A DNA stretch of 63,485 nucleotides, counting the filler, from Anaerolineae bacterium (GTDB taxonomy: Bacteria > Chloroflexota > Anaerolineae > Epilineales > Epilineaceae): the NCBI GenBank assembly GCA_029262755.1. It is 8 parts of 8 records of this genome, joined end to end, with 100 filler letters (N's around TTAATTAATTAA, not from the genome) between each part and the next. Parts side by side here need not be neighbours in the genome. Positions count along the whole stretch, not along the records: positions 1 to 13,204 come from JAJCYU010000022.1; positions 13,305 to 19,742 come from JAJCYU010000024.1; positions 19,843 to 22,552 come from JAJCYU010000025.1; 5 more parts are not named here. The stretch is one strand, 5' to 3'. The translations under genes and the position numbers were made by a program. Position 1 is the first letter of the stretch; every line of letters begins with the position of its first letter. A model generated the notes under the pieces. That model was not told the origin of the DNA. It made no database searches and worked only from the letters and a program-made list of their open reading frames with translations. Below, piece by piece: positions 10,320 through 20,589 of the stretch.

Positions 10320-11792
10320 TCAGCGGCAATCCGGACCTGCGGAGAGCGCATCGATCCGTGCGCGTGCCACGTCCGCGCCGGCCACGGAAAAGGCGGGCTG
10401 CATGGCAAGCGCCGCTCGTAGGTGCTCGATCGCTGCGCAGCGGTCGTCGTTGGCATCGGCGATCACGCCGGCGGCGTAGCTCAGCTGTGGATCGCGCGTG
10501 CCGGAGGCCATGGCATCCGCGATGCGTTCCCCTGCCTCAGAGACGTTGCCTGCGTGTAGCTCCACCCACGCCAGGTCCAGGCCGTTGATGATGCTCGGGG
10601 AGCGTTCGAAGGCTGTCCGCGCCCGTGCCACACGCTGCGCGTCTGCCGGCTTGCCCTCGTGCTCGATCTCGAAGCGCACGAGCGGCAGCTCCATATCCGT
10701 GCCGCCGGCCACGTCCGATTCATGAATGGCGCGCGCGACCGCGATCGCGTCGGTCGCTTCGGACGGGCGGCCGTTCTTCTCATGGAGCGCGGCGAGGGTG
10801 AGCGCGGCGTCAACGGACGCCTCCTCGGCGACCAGGTCTGTGAGAGAGTCCATCGCTTCATCCACGTCGCCGCGCGAGAGTGCCACGCGGGCCAGCCCCT
10901 CACGGGCCGCCGCGTCGCCGGGGCTCTCGGCGAGGACGCGCTGGTAGGCGACCGCCGCATCGTCGATGCGGCCGTGGCGCCATAGGAGATCGCCAAGCTG
11001 CGCGCCGGTCCACAGCGAGGGCTCGGTGCCCGGCACGGCGCCGTCGCGCGCACGGCGCATCGCCTCGACCGCGCCGTCGACATCGCCGTGTAGCTCGCGC
11101 AGGTAGGCAATGCGGCTGAAGGCCGCGGTGTCCGGCCGGCGGTTGACCATCCGCTGGGCGGTTTCGACCGCCGCGCTCAGCTCGCCGAGCTCGACCTGCG
11201 CGTCGACAAGCAGGCCAAGGGCGGTCGGATGGTTGGGGCTGAGGACAAGCGCCTGCTCGGCCCAGTCGCGCCCACCGACGAAGTCGTGACGCGCCAGCGC
11301 CAGCAGGCCCTGACCGAGCGTTGCGTCCACGTGCTTCGGATCGAGCGCCAGGGCCCGGTCGAGCGCGCTCTGGGCGTCCACGAACAACGCGAACTCGCCC
11401 GTCTCCCGCACCTCGGCGAGGGCGGATAGCCCTTGGCGGGCGGAGAGATCGGCGTCGTCGACGGTCGCCGGGACGCCGGCAGCGGCCTCGAAGTCGGCTG
11501 CGACGCCGCTGTCTGCGATGCCGACCGGATCGGTGCGATCCAGCAGGGTGCGCGGCGCGTGCTGCGCTATTCCAGAGACGTCAGCGTCTGCGCGGTCCGC
11601 CGCGTCGCGGGCGACGTCGGATGCATCGACGAGGGCGACCCGTGCGATGATGAGCACCAGCAGCGCAATCAGGCCTCCGCTGAGCATCAGGGTGCGCAGC
11701 GAGCGGCCGATTGGGGACACGGTCTCGTCGTTGGGGTCCGCGACGTCGGGCGTCGGGCTCGTCAGGTCCTGCTCGGTGAGGCGATCGGACAT
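10320..11792 (-). CDS. membrane-anchored TPR protein
   Basis: N-terminal TM helix, Ala/Leu-rich helical repeats and SRIAYLRELHGD. Usual neighbour of DUF4331 genes. Confidence 0.85.
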   Translation of the reverse strand: MSDRLTEQDLTSPTPDVADPNDETVSPIGRSLRTLMLSGGLIALLVLIIARVALVDASDVARDAADRADADVSGIAQHAPRTLLDRTDPVGIADSGVAADFEAAAGVPATVDDADLSARQGLSALAEVRETGEFALFVDAQSALDRALALDPKHVDATLGQGLLALARHDFVGGRDWAEQALVLSPNHPTALGLLVDAQVELGELSAAVETAQRMVNRRPDTAAFSRIAYLRELHGDVDGAVEAMRRARDGAVPGTEPSLWTGAQLGDLLWRHGRIDDAAVAYQRVLAESPGDAAAREGLARVALSRGDVDEAMDSLTDLVAEEASVDAALTLAALHEKNGRPSEATDAIAVARAIHESDVAGGTDMELPLVRFEIEHEGKPADAQRVARARTAFERSPSIINGLDLAWVELHAGNVSEAGERIADAMASGTRDPQLSYAAGVIADANDDRCAAIEHLRAALAMQPAFSVAGADVARARIDALSAGPDCR

Positions 11793-12095
11793 GGGTGGGA
11801 CTCCTTCTGCGGTGTCGGTAGCCCTCTGGGGAAGGCCTTCACCGTGTCCCTACGCGCGCCGCGCGCACCTGCATCTGTCCGTTCGCATGTTCATCGAGCG
11901 CAAACTCGTCGAGCGGGGCATGAACCATCGCTGTGCAGCACGACCGGCCACATTCTGTATCGATGGGTGCCTACCACAAGCCGCCCCAGTAAACGCCCGA
12001 CGCCCTCCGCGGCTCTGACTGCACTGGACCCTCACGGCTCCCGAATTCGTAGGATCCCGCTAGCGACCATGCGGTCGTCCCGGTTAACGACCAGA

Positions 12096-12193
12096 GGCCG
12101 GGTCTGCCCCAGACCCGGCCCCTGCCTGCAAGGAGGTAGAGGTAGTCGGTCCGGCGGGTTCCCGTGCGCTGCTTCCGCCGGCTACGAGACTAC
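12096..12193. other. two-hairpin structured element flanking AAGGAGGT (candidate sRNA or leader)
   Basis: Stems 12096-12105/12111-12120, 12142-12147/12188-12193 and 12151-12157/12175-12181. Confidence 0.4.
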
Positions 12194-12247
12194 GATGATC
12201 CTTGCTCTGCTTCTCTTACTGAGCGCTCGATAAGACTCTTGTGACAT

Positions 12248-12283
12248 GCAACGTGCGCGGCGTATATACGCCGCGCACGTTGC
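12248..12283. repeat. perfect 36-bp palindrome
   Basis: GCAACGTGCGCGGCGTAT|ATACGCCGCGCACGTTGC, no spacer. Confidence 0.9.
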
Positions 12284-12405
12284 TCTTCGGACTCAGACGA
12301 CCGCGCATTCGCCGCGTCGCGAATCGGTCGCCCGCCCGCTGCTCGATCCGCTGCTGGATCCGCTGCTCGAGACCAGCTGATCGGGCCGAGGCTCAACCAG
12401 CGACG

Positions 12406-13204
12406 CTAGACGACCACGATCTCCGGCAGGATCACCGGGCGGCGGCGGGTGCGGTCGTAGACGAGGCTGGTGAGCGACTGGCGCAGGCCGTCGATGAGGG
12501 CCTTGGTTTCGATCTCGCCCTGGGCGTTGCGGACGGCCTGGCCGCCGCCGCCGCGGCCGTTGCCCTGGCCACCACCGCCACCGCCACCGGCGGCGGCGCC
12601 TTCCTTCTTGAGCGTGCGGCTCTCGACGAACTCGGCGGCGTGCTCGCTCAACTCCTCGAGCAATTCCTTGGCGCCGGCGTTGTAGACGAAGCCGCGGGTG
12701 ATGATCTCCGGATCGTGCAGGACCTCGCCGGACTCCTCTTCCACGGTTACGACGGCCACCAGGAAGCCGTGCTCGGCGAGCTTGCGGCGGTCGCGCAGGA
12801 CGCTGGTGCCGATGTCGCCCACGCCCTTGCCGTCGACATAGATGTAGTCGCCTGGGACGGTGTCCTCGGCGATCTTCGCGCCGCGGCCGTCGAACTCCAT
12901 GATCTGGCCGCTTTCGATGACGAAGATGTCCTCCGGCGCCATGCCGAGCTCCTCAGCCAGCTTGCCGTGCAAAACGAGCATGCGGTACTCGCCGCCGTTG
13001 GGCACGAAGTAGCGCGGGCTGATGAGCTTGAGCATCAGCTTCTGCTCTTCCTGGTTGGCGTGACCGGATACGTGTACCGGGGTCAGCGCCTGGTAGAGCA
13101 CGTTGGCGCCGTGCTTGAACAGCTCGTTGAGCGTGCGGTGCACCAACTCCTCATTGCCCGGGATGGGCGAGGCGGAGAGCACGACCGTGTCGCCCTTCTT
13201 CAGC
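12406..13204 (-). CDS. rnj: ribonuclease J, C-terminal part (5' truncated by contig end)
   Basis: SASPIPGNE, VHVSGHA, YVDGKGVGDIG..VLRDR, PEIITRGFV, TRRRPVILP. Confidence 0.93.
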
Positions 13205-13304
13205 NNNNNNNNNNNNNNNNNNNNNNNNNNNNNNNNNNNNNNNNNNNNTTAATTAATTAANNNNNNNNNNNNNNNNNNNNNNNNNNNNNNNNNNNNNNNN
13301 NNNN
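13205..13304. other. artificial contig linker
   Basis: N-run, TTAATTAATTAA, N-run; 100 bp. Confidence 0.98.
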
Positions 13305-14414
13305 GGCCGCGTTTCCCGAGCGCGTGCGCCTCCTCGTGCTCGACGGCGTCGTGCCGCCCGACCTCGCGCTCGGCGCCGACGTGGCGCGCGATGCACAGAC
13401 GGCCCTCGATCTCGTGCTTGCCCGCTGCGCCGCCGACGAAGCCTGCGCCGCGCGCTTCGGCGACGTCGGCGCAGCAACGCGTGCCCTTCTAGCCGAGGCT
13501 ACCACCAACCCACGAACCGTCACGCTCGACCACCCGACGACCGGCCTGCCCACGGAGCTAATGCTCACACGCGACACGATCGCCGGCGCCCTGCGCTTGC
13601 TGCTGTACGCGCCCGAAACCTCCGCCATGTTGCCATGGCTGCTCCATGCCGCGGCCGAAGGCGACGCCCGCCCCTTGGCCGCCCAAGCCCTGCTCATCGC
13701 TTCCGCACTCGACGAGAGCATCTACCGCGGCGCGAGCTACGCGGTGAGCTGCGCCGAGGACGCGCCGTTCCTCCCGACGCCGGATGCCGGCCAAGTGCAG
13801 CCCGACACGAACCTTGGATCGCCGGTGCCACAGGACGCCGACGGATCGGACGCCGACGGATCGGACGCGGATGTCGCGCCCACGTCGAACATCTCGGTGA
13901 CCTCGGTGACCTCGGTGACCTCAGCGACCTCGGCGACCTCCCCCATCTCACCCACGTCTGCCGTCAACGACCAAGAGGACCTAGACCTAGCGCCCACATC
14001 GCCCACACGGCCCACGTCGATCGACCCCGCCCAGCCCGCCCCCTTCCTCGGCGATCTCGTGGCCGGCAGCCTGCGCGCGATCTGCTCCGCGTGGCCGCGG
14101 CCGGATGTGCTCGTTCCGCCTGCGCCTGCGCCCCCTTCCGATGTGCCGACGCTGCTGCTCTCCGGCGCGGAAGATCCGGTGACGCCGCCCGAGTACGGCG
14201 AACGGGCGGCTTCCACACTGTCGCGCTCACGTCACCTGGTCGCACCTGGTCAGGGGCACAACATCGTCGCGCGAGGCTGCTTTCCGCGGCTGGTGACGGC
14301 GTTCGTGGAGACTGCCGATGCCGAGGGGCTCGACGCGGCCTGCGTCGACGATCTGCGTGCGCCACCCTTCTTGCTCGGACCGACCGGTCCCTATGCCCCG
14401 CCGGAGGAAGCGCC

Positions 14415-14418
<4 letters not shown>
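13305..14418 (+). CDS. alpha/beta hydrolase, TAP-like C-terminal domain (5' truncated)
   Basis: RLLVLDGVVP, VSCAED, PTLLLSGAEDPVTPP, PGQGH. Long Ser/Thr/Pro insert. Confidence 0.87.
13838..13940 (+). repeat. short in-frame tandem repeats (15-bp x2, 9-bp ACCTCGGTG-like x5)
   Basis: Encode DADGS x2 and TSVTSVTSATSATS. Confidence 0.8.
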
Positions 14419-15142
<724 letters not shown>

Positions 15143-15146
<4 letters not shown>

Positions 15147-16339
15147 GGGCCTCCTTCGGTCGCGTATGGGTCGTGCTCGCCAAAGAGGTCGTGGATAACC
15201 TCCGGGACCGGCGCTCGCTGCTCGCGGCGCTGGTCTATCCGATGCTCGGCCCCGTGCTCATGATCGGTCTGCTGGCCATCGTGGGGCGCACCTTGGACGA
15301 GCGCGGCGACCGCCTGCTCACGCTGCCCATGATCGGCGCAGAGCGCGCACCGGATCTCGTGGCGTTCCTGACCAATCAAGGCGCAAACATCGTCGACGGC
15401 CCGCCGGACCTCGTGGCGGCCGAAGCCGCGGTGAAGGCAGGCGATCTCGACGTCGTGGTGGTCGTGCCCGAGGGCTACCGCACGCTGCTCGCGGAAGGCC
15501 GCCCTGCGACGGTGCGCTTGGTCCTGGACGCCTCTCGGACCGATTCGGCCGTGGATATCGGCCGCGCCGCCCGACTGCTCGATGGCTACAGCCGCCAGCT
15601 CGGTGCGCAGCGCCTGCTTGCGCGCGGCGTCGACCCGGCCGTCACGGAAGCCTTGGCCGTGGAGCGCGTCGACGTAGCGACACCGCAGAGCCAAGCGGCA
15701 CGCCTGCTCAACCTGCTGCCCTACTTTCTGATCTTCTCGGTCTTTATCGGGGGGATGTATCTCGCCATCGACGCGACGGCCGGGGAGCGCGAGCGCGGTT
15801 CGTTGGAGCCGCTCCTGATCAACCCGGTGGCACGCTGGGAGCTCGTAGCGGGCAAGCTCCTTGCCACGATGCTCTTTACCGTGCTGAGCGTCGTGGAGAC
15901 CCTCGTGGCCTTCGCGCTCCTGCTGCGCTACGTCCCGCTCGAGGAGAGCCTCGGCGTCCGCCTGTCGCTCGCACCGTCGTCGTTCTTCGTCATTTTCGCG
16001 ATCGCGGCGCCGATGATCCTGCTCGCCGTACCCTTGCAGTTCATCGTCGCCACCTTCACGCGCAGCTTCAAAGAAGCACAAAACTACCTGAGCTTCCTGC
16101 CGCTCGCGCCGGCCCTTCCGGGCATGGTGCTGGCCTTCCTGCCGGTGAAGCCCAGCGTGGCCACCATGCTCGTACCGACCTTCGGCCAGCAGATCCTCAT
16201 CAACCGCGTCCTGCGCGGCGAGTTCGTCGATCCGTGGCATGTCGCGATCTCGACGGGCGTCACGATCGGGCTCGGCATCGTGCTTCTCGCGATCGCCGTC
16301 CGACTCTACGCACGCGAGCGCATCCTCTTTGGCACGTAG
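15143..16339 (+). CDS. ABC-2 exporter permease (NatB-like)
   Basis: KEVVDNLRDRRS, AGERERGSLEPLL, multiple TM helices. ATGA overlap. Confidence 0.92.
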
Positions 16340-16410
16340 CGCCTTCATCCATCGAGCCAACGGCACGAACCCGCACCCACGTACACCATCCAAGATCTGC
16401 TGACATACGA

Positions 16411-16436
16411 AGGCCGCGACCCGTAGGTCGCGGCCT
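16411..16436. terminator. GC hairpin between convergent genes
   Basis: AGGCCGCGACC-cgta-GGTCGCGGCCT. Confidence 0.55.
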
Positions 16437-16668
16437 CGTGCGGTCCTGTTCCCCCACAGCCGGGCCGAAGACAGGGACCTCGGGCCTGGCGGAGAAAGCA
16501 AGTTTGTCGCTAGCGCACGACCGACTCGTTCCCAACTCGATCCGCTCGCCTCGGGTGTGCATCTCGTCTACACGGCGGGTGTTGACCAGCCCGATGCGTC
16601 CCCCTTGCTTCGAAGACGATCTTGAAGGCCAGAGGTTTCATCGCCGTTTAAGGCCGGTCTCGCGTGGG

Positions 16669-17418
16669 TTACGCTTCTTCGGCTACGGAGAAGGTGCTGC
16701 CGAGGCTCCAGGGACCCCGCAGCGTCGGTCGCGCGACCGACGTCGCAAGCACGTCGAGATAGCGATCGCGGGACCACTCGCGGAAGCCGAGCGAAGCCAG
16801 ATGCTCGGTGGGTAGCTGTGCATCGAAGAGGTCGAGGCCGGCGGACGCGAGGTGCTGGGCGAGGGTCACGAGCGCGACCTTCGATGCATCTCGCTCCCGA
16901 TGAAACATGGATTCCCCGCAGAACGTACCGCCGATGCTCACGCCATAGATGCCCCCGACCAAGCGGCCGTCGCGCCAGGCCCCCGCGCAATGCGCAAAGC
17001 CGAGGCGGTGCAGCCGCCCGTATGCCGTCTGCATCTCCTCCGTGATCCACGTACCCGCCTCATGAGGGCGCGGCGTGCTCGCACACGCGGCGATCACGGC
17101 GTCGAAATCCTCGTCGAGCCGCACCTCGAAGTGCCCCTGGCGCAGCGTCCGCGCAAGACGGCGCGATATCCGCGGTCCCGCCTCGCCGTCCCCATCGCCA
17201 CCGACACCGATCGGACGAAGCGGCAGCACCATGCGCGGCTCCGGGGAGAACCAAAGCAGCGGCATCCCCTCATGGGGCCAGGGAAAGATGCCGAGGCTGT
17301 AGGCCGCGAGCAGCCGCTCGGGGCGAAGATCGCCGCCCCACGCGACGAGGCCGTCTTCGTCGGCGCCTCGAGGGTCGGGGAACAGGCGTGGATCGGGGCC
17401 GAGCTGCGGGACGGGCAT
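16669..17418 (-). CDS. aat: leucyl/phenylalanyl-tRNA--protein transferase
   Basis: GGDLRPERLLAAYSLGIFPW, GTWI, LVGGIYGV, FCGESMFH, DASKVAL. Confidence 0.95.
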   Translation of the reverse strand: MPVPQLGPDPRLFPDPRGADEDGLVAWGGDLRPERLLAAYSLGIFPWPHEGMPLLWFSPEPRMVLPLRPIGVGGDGDGEAGPRISRRLARTLRQGHFEVRLDEDFDAVIAACASTPRPHEAGTWITEEMQTAYGRLHRLGFAHCAGAWRDGRLVGGIYGVSIGGTFCGESMFHRERDASKVALVTLAQHLASAGLDLFDAQLPTEHLASLGFREWSRDRYLDVLATSVARPTLRGPWSLGSTFSVAEEA

Positions 17419-17430
17419 GCGCGCGGCGGG

Positions 17431-18828
17431 CTAGTTTGCCAGAAGGTGCGCAAGCCGCGTGCGCACCTCGGCGCGGATCTCCGCCTCGTCCTGGATGATG
17501 CCGTCCGACATGAGCACGCGCCCGTCGCAAATCGTGTGGCTGACGGCGCGTCCGTTCGCGGCGAAGACGAGGTCGGCCGCCAGATCGTGGTTTGGAAACA
17601 GCGTCGGGTGATCGAGGTCGACCAGGATCAGATCCGCGACCCGCCCGGCCGCGATCGTTCCGCCGTCCACGCCGAAGGCTTCCGCGGCATCTTTGGTGAC
17701 GAGCGCTAGCGCCTCCTCGGCGCTCAATGTCGTCGGGTCTCCCGTGGCGTGCTTGGCCATCAGGGCCGCGAACTTCAGCTCCTCGAAGAGGTCGAGGTTG
17801 TTGTTGGAGGCCGCCCCATCCGTGCCGACGAGCACCCGTGCCCCGGCTTCGCGTAGCGCGCGGTACGGCATTGGGCCCCCCGAGGAGAGCTTGAGGTTGG
17901 AAACCGGATTGTGCAGCGCGTTCACGCCGCGCTCGGCCAGCAACGCGACCTCTTCCGCATCCAGATGCACGCAGTGTGCGGCCAGTAGGCGCGGACCCAA
18001 GAGGCCGAGCGCGTCGAGCCAGGCCGGCGGGCGCACGCCGTGCACGGCCACGCAATCGGCGACCTCACCCGCCGTCTCCGAAAGGTGGATGTGTACGGGC
18101 AGGTCGAGCGCCTCGGCCTGCTCGGCCACCCAGCGCAAGCTTTCCTCGCCGACGGTGTAGACCGCGTGCGGTGCGAGCGAGGCCTGTACGCGCGGTCCGT
18201 AGCGGGCGACCGATGTGACGTCCTCGAGCACGCCTGCGCGCATGGCGGCTACGGATTGCGCGTCGCCTTGATCCAGGATCACGCTGCCGATGCGCGCGCG
18301 CATGCCGCTGTCCTCCGCGGCGCGCGCGGTGCCTTGAAAGTGCCAGTACATGTCGTTGAAGAAGGTTGTGCCCGTACGGATCATCTCCAGGCATCCGAGG
18401 CGAGCGCCCCAGTAGACGTCCTCCTCGCTCAGTCGAGCCTCCAAGGGCCAGATCTTGTCCTGCAGCCACGCCATGAGCGGCATGTCGTCCGCGTATCCCC
18501 GCAGCAGGGCCATCGCGGTATGGGTATGTGCGTTCATCAGCCCCGGCAGCGCCGCCCGCCCGTCCCCGTCGACGCGCACGGCCGCGTCCGGCAGCCGTCG
18601 CTCACCGGAGCCGGCCGGCGCGAGCTCCACGATCCGCCCGCCCGCCACGAGGATATCGTGGGCAATACCGTCCACGGTCGCGCCTAGAATCCCGAGCGTG
18701 AGCGCCCCATCGGCGCTGGGCGAGGGTGCGCTCACCGCATCGCCCGCATTGCCGCGAACCGCATCGCCGCTCGCCGAACCCGGGTCCGCCGCGTTGCTCT
18801 TCGACGCGCCCTCCGGCCGTCCGCTCAC
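17431..18828 (-). CDS. mtaD: MTA/SAH deaminase family amidohydrolase
   Basis: PGLMNAHTH, HIHLSET, AAHCVH, HNPVSNLKL, GTDGAASNN. GTG start overlaps the upstream stop. Confidence 0.85.
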   Translation of the reverse strand: MSGRPEGASKSNAADPGSASGDAVRGNAGDAVSAPSPSADGALTLGILGATVDGIAHDILVAGGRIVELAPAGSGERRLPDAAVRVDGDGRAALPGLMNAHTHTAMALLRGYADDMPLMAWLQDKIWPLEARLSEEDVYWGARLGCLEMIRTGTTFFNDMYWHFQGTARAAEDSGMRARIGSVILDQGDAQSVAAMRAGVLEDVTSVARYGPRVQASLAPHAVYTVGEESLRWVAEQAEALDLPVHIHLSETAGEVADCVAVHGVRPPAWLDALGLLGPRLLAAHCVHLDAEEVALLAERGVNALHNPVSNLKLSSGGPMPYRALREAGARVLVGTDGAASNNNLDLFEELKFAALMAKHATGDPTTLSAEEALALVTKDAAEAFGVDGGTIAAGRVADLILVDLDHPTLFPNHDLAADLVFAANGRAVSHTICDGRVLMSDGIIQDEAEIRAEVRTRLAHLLAN

Positions 18829-19550
18829 GTCAATGCCTCGACGTCCTTGGCCAGTGCTCCCGCCACACGAGCCCAACGCCGCGCGCCGGCCCGCTTGGCC
18901 GCATCGATCGCGGACCCGCTGGGTGCCTCCCCGCCTGTGATCCCATGGGCCATGTTGTCCACGGCACACACCGCCGCCACGGGTAGCTCCACTTCGTGGC
19001 ACAAGGTCGCTTCGCTCGCGAAGGTCATGCCCACGACGTCCGCGTGGCCGGCCAGCATGCGCACCTCGGCGCGCGTCTCCAGGCGCGGTCCGGCGGTCTG
19101 CCAATAGACGCCGCCGTCCACGGTCTTGAGCTTCAGGCCGCGGAGCAGGCGCAGCAGCCGAGCCCGGAGCGGCTCGTCCAGCGTCGGCGTGACGTGCACC
19201 GGACGGTCATCGAAGAAGGTGGGCGGCGCGAGGAACTGACCGTAGTCGTCGGGCACGACGAGCGTGCCAGGCACGAGCGCCGGCCGCAGGCTGCCCACCG
19301 AGCACAGGGACACCACGGCCAGCACGCCGGCCTTTCGCAACGCGTAGATGTGCGCCTGATGGTGCACCCGGTGCGCTGGGCGTCGCCCCCCCGACCCGTG
19401 ACGCGAAACGAGCACGAGCGGGCCGGCATGCTGCAACACGACCTCGCCGAAGGGCGTGGTTACCGGCATGCGCACTGCGGCAACGAAAGGCGGCTCGCGC
19501 AGCAGGCTCGTGCCGGCGATGAGGCCGAGCAGGGGGTCACGATCGGTCAT
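18825..19550 (-). CDS. mtnP: MTAP-family purine nucleoside phosphorylase (probably 6-oxopurine/MTI type)
   Basis: TPFG, SRHG, SVGSL, GPRLETRAE, DVVGMT, AVDN. Confidence 0.85.
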   Translation of the reverse strand: MTDRDPLLGLIAGTSLLREPPFVAAVRMPVTTPFGEVVLQHAGPLVLVSRHGSGGRRPAHRVHHQAHIYALRKAGVLAVVSLCSVGSLRPALVPGTLVVPDDYGQFLAPPTFFDDRPVHVTPTLDEPLRARLLRLLRGLKLKTVDGGVYWQTAGPRLETRAEVRMLAGHADVVGMTFASEATLCHEVELPVAAVCAVDNMAHGITGGEAPSGSAIDAAKRAGARRWARVAGALAKDVEALT

Positions 19551-19742
19551 GGCGGCCGATAGTAGCGACCGCGAACCCGCACCGCAACGGCCACGAGCAA
19601 GCAAGGGTGGCGTCGGCTCGACGAGACGCACAGAACCGAAACCGAGAGATCCCGCGGACGCCGGTATGATTGGGCGCGCAACGCCCCTGAGTCCGACCGC
19701 TCCGCAAGCGACCGCACTCGCGTCGAAATCGCACCGAGGAGC

Positions 19743-19842
19743 NNNNNNNNNNNNNNNNNNNNNNNNNNNNNNNNNNNNNNNNNNNNTTAATTAATTAANN
19801 NNNNNNNNNNNNNNNNNNNNNNNNNNNNNNNNNNNNNNNNNN
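19743..19842. other. artificial contig linker
   Basis: N-run, TTAATTAATTAA, N-run. Confidence 0.98.
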
Positions 19843-20015
19843 ATATCAATTCCTTCCATCGTTTGTCTGAAGTTTCTTTGTGTTATAGTTGTATCATTGG
19901 TGTCGCTGATGTCACGTGTCTGAAAACTCAAACCAAATTCAAGTGAAGAACTATCAGTAATATCAAAATAATTTTTTAGATGTGCCAGATATATCTGATC
20001 CTTACGTTTTGATAA
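19843..20015 (-). pseudogene. start-less fragment resembling an outer-membrane beta-barrel protein
   Basis: Hand translation LSKRKDQIYLAHLKNYFDITDSSSLEFGLSF...MEGID, preceded directly by an in-frame stop and a tandem duplication. Confidence 0.35.
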
Positions 20016-20016
20016 T

Positions 20017-20085
20017 CATAAACCTTCTAATGGGTGACATAAACCTTCTAATGGGTGACTACAATATGGAGTTGACTACAATATG
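20017..20085. repeat. 21-bp tandem duplication followed by a 13-bp direct repeat
   Basis: CATAAACCTTCTAATGGGTGA x2; TGACTACAATATG x2. Confidence 0.85.
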
Positions 20086-20589
20086 ATTACAGTAGATTTT
20101 ACAACTAGTCTATTCTGTGCAGTGAATTCTTGTCAATGTGGTTATGGTTTTTAAATTCTCTATTATCCAACACTTATGAATTTTTGTTAAGGACAAGCTT
20201 GAAATGTACAATTTTGGCTTTGCTTTCCTATTGATTACATTCGTATTTCTGAATATAATATTATGCAGTATTTACACTTACAGTATAAACAAACGCTTTT
20301 TCCAAAAGTTCCACCTTTGTTCCCGTATGGTTGTCAATGTGGATTTCATTGAGATCCCGGGATAGAATGTTGCCGTACTCCGCGGCAGATACAGAATTAT
20401 ATATCCAGGATTTCGGGCATTCCTCGCTCTTGTTATATATCAATAAAATTCATCCCCCTAAAATCCAAGAGAAAGTAAACAAAACGAACCCATGCTGATA
20501 AATTATTATGGATATTAGTATTGAATGAAATTTTGCGAGGGACAGGGTTTTGCCTTATCAGAACAAAGAGTCTTTTTGCACTATTTGGT

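Noticed and set aside
6412..10479. Long plus-strand ORFs (549 aa and 499 aa) and similar ones such as 49940-52384 and 14705-16501
   Set aside because: Antisense shadows of real high-GC genes, with no motifs.
12160..12185. GGAAGCAGC on the minus strand, resembling SRP RNA domain IV
   Set aside because: The preceding CAGG and GNRA tetraloop are missing.
20261..20443. 60-aa minus-strand ORF
   Set aside because: Short, non-ATG start and no recognisable motif.
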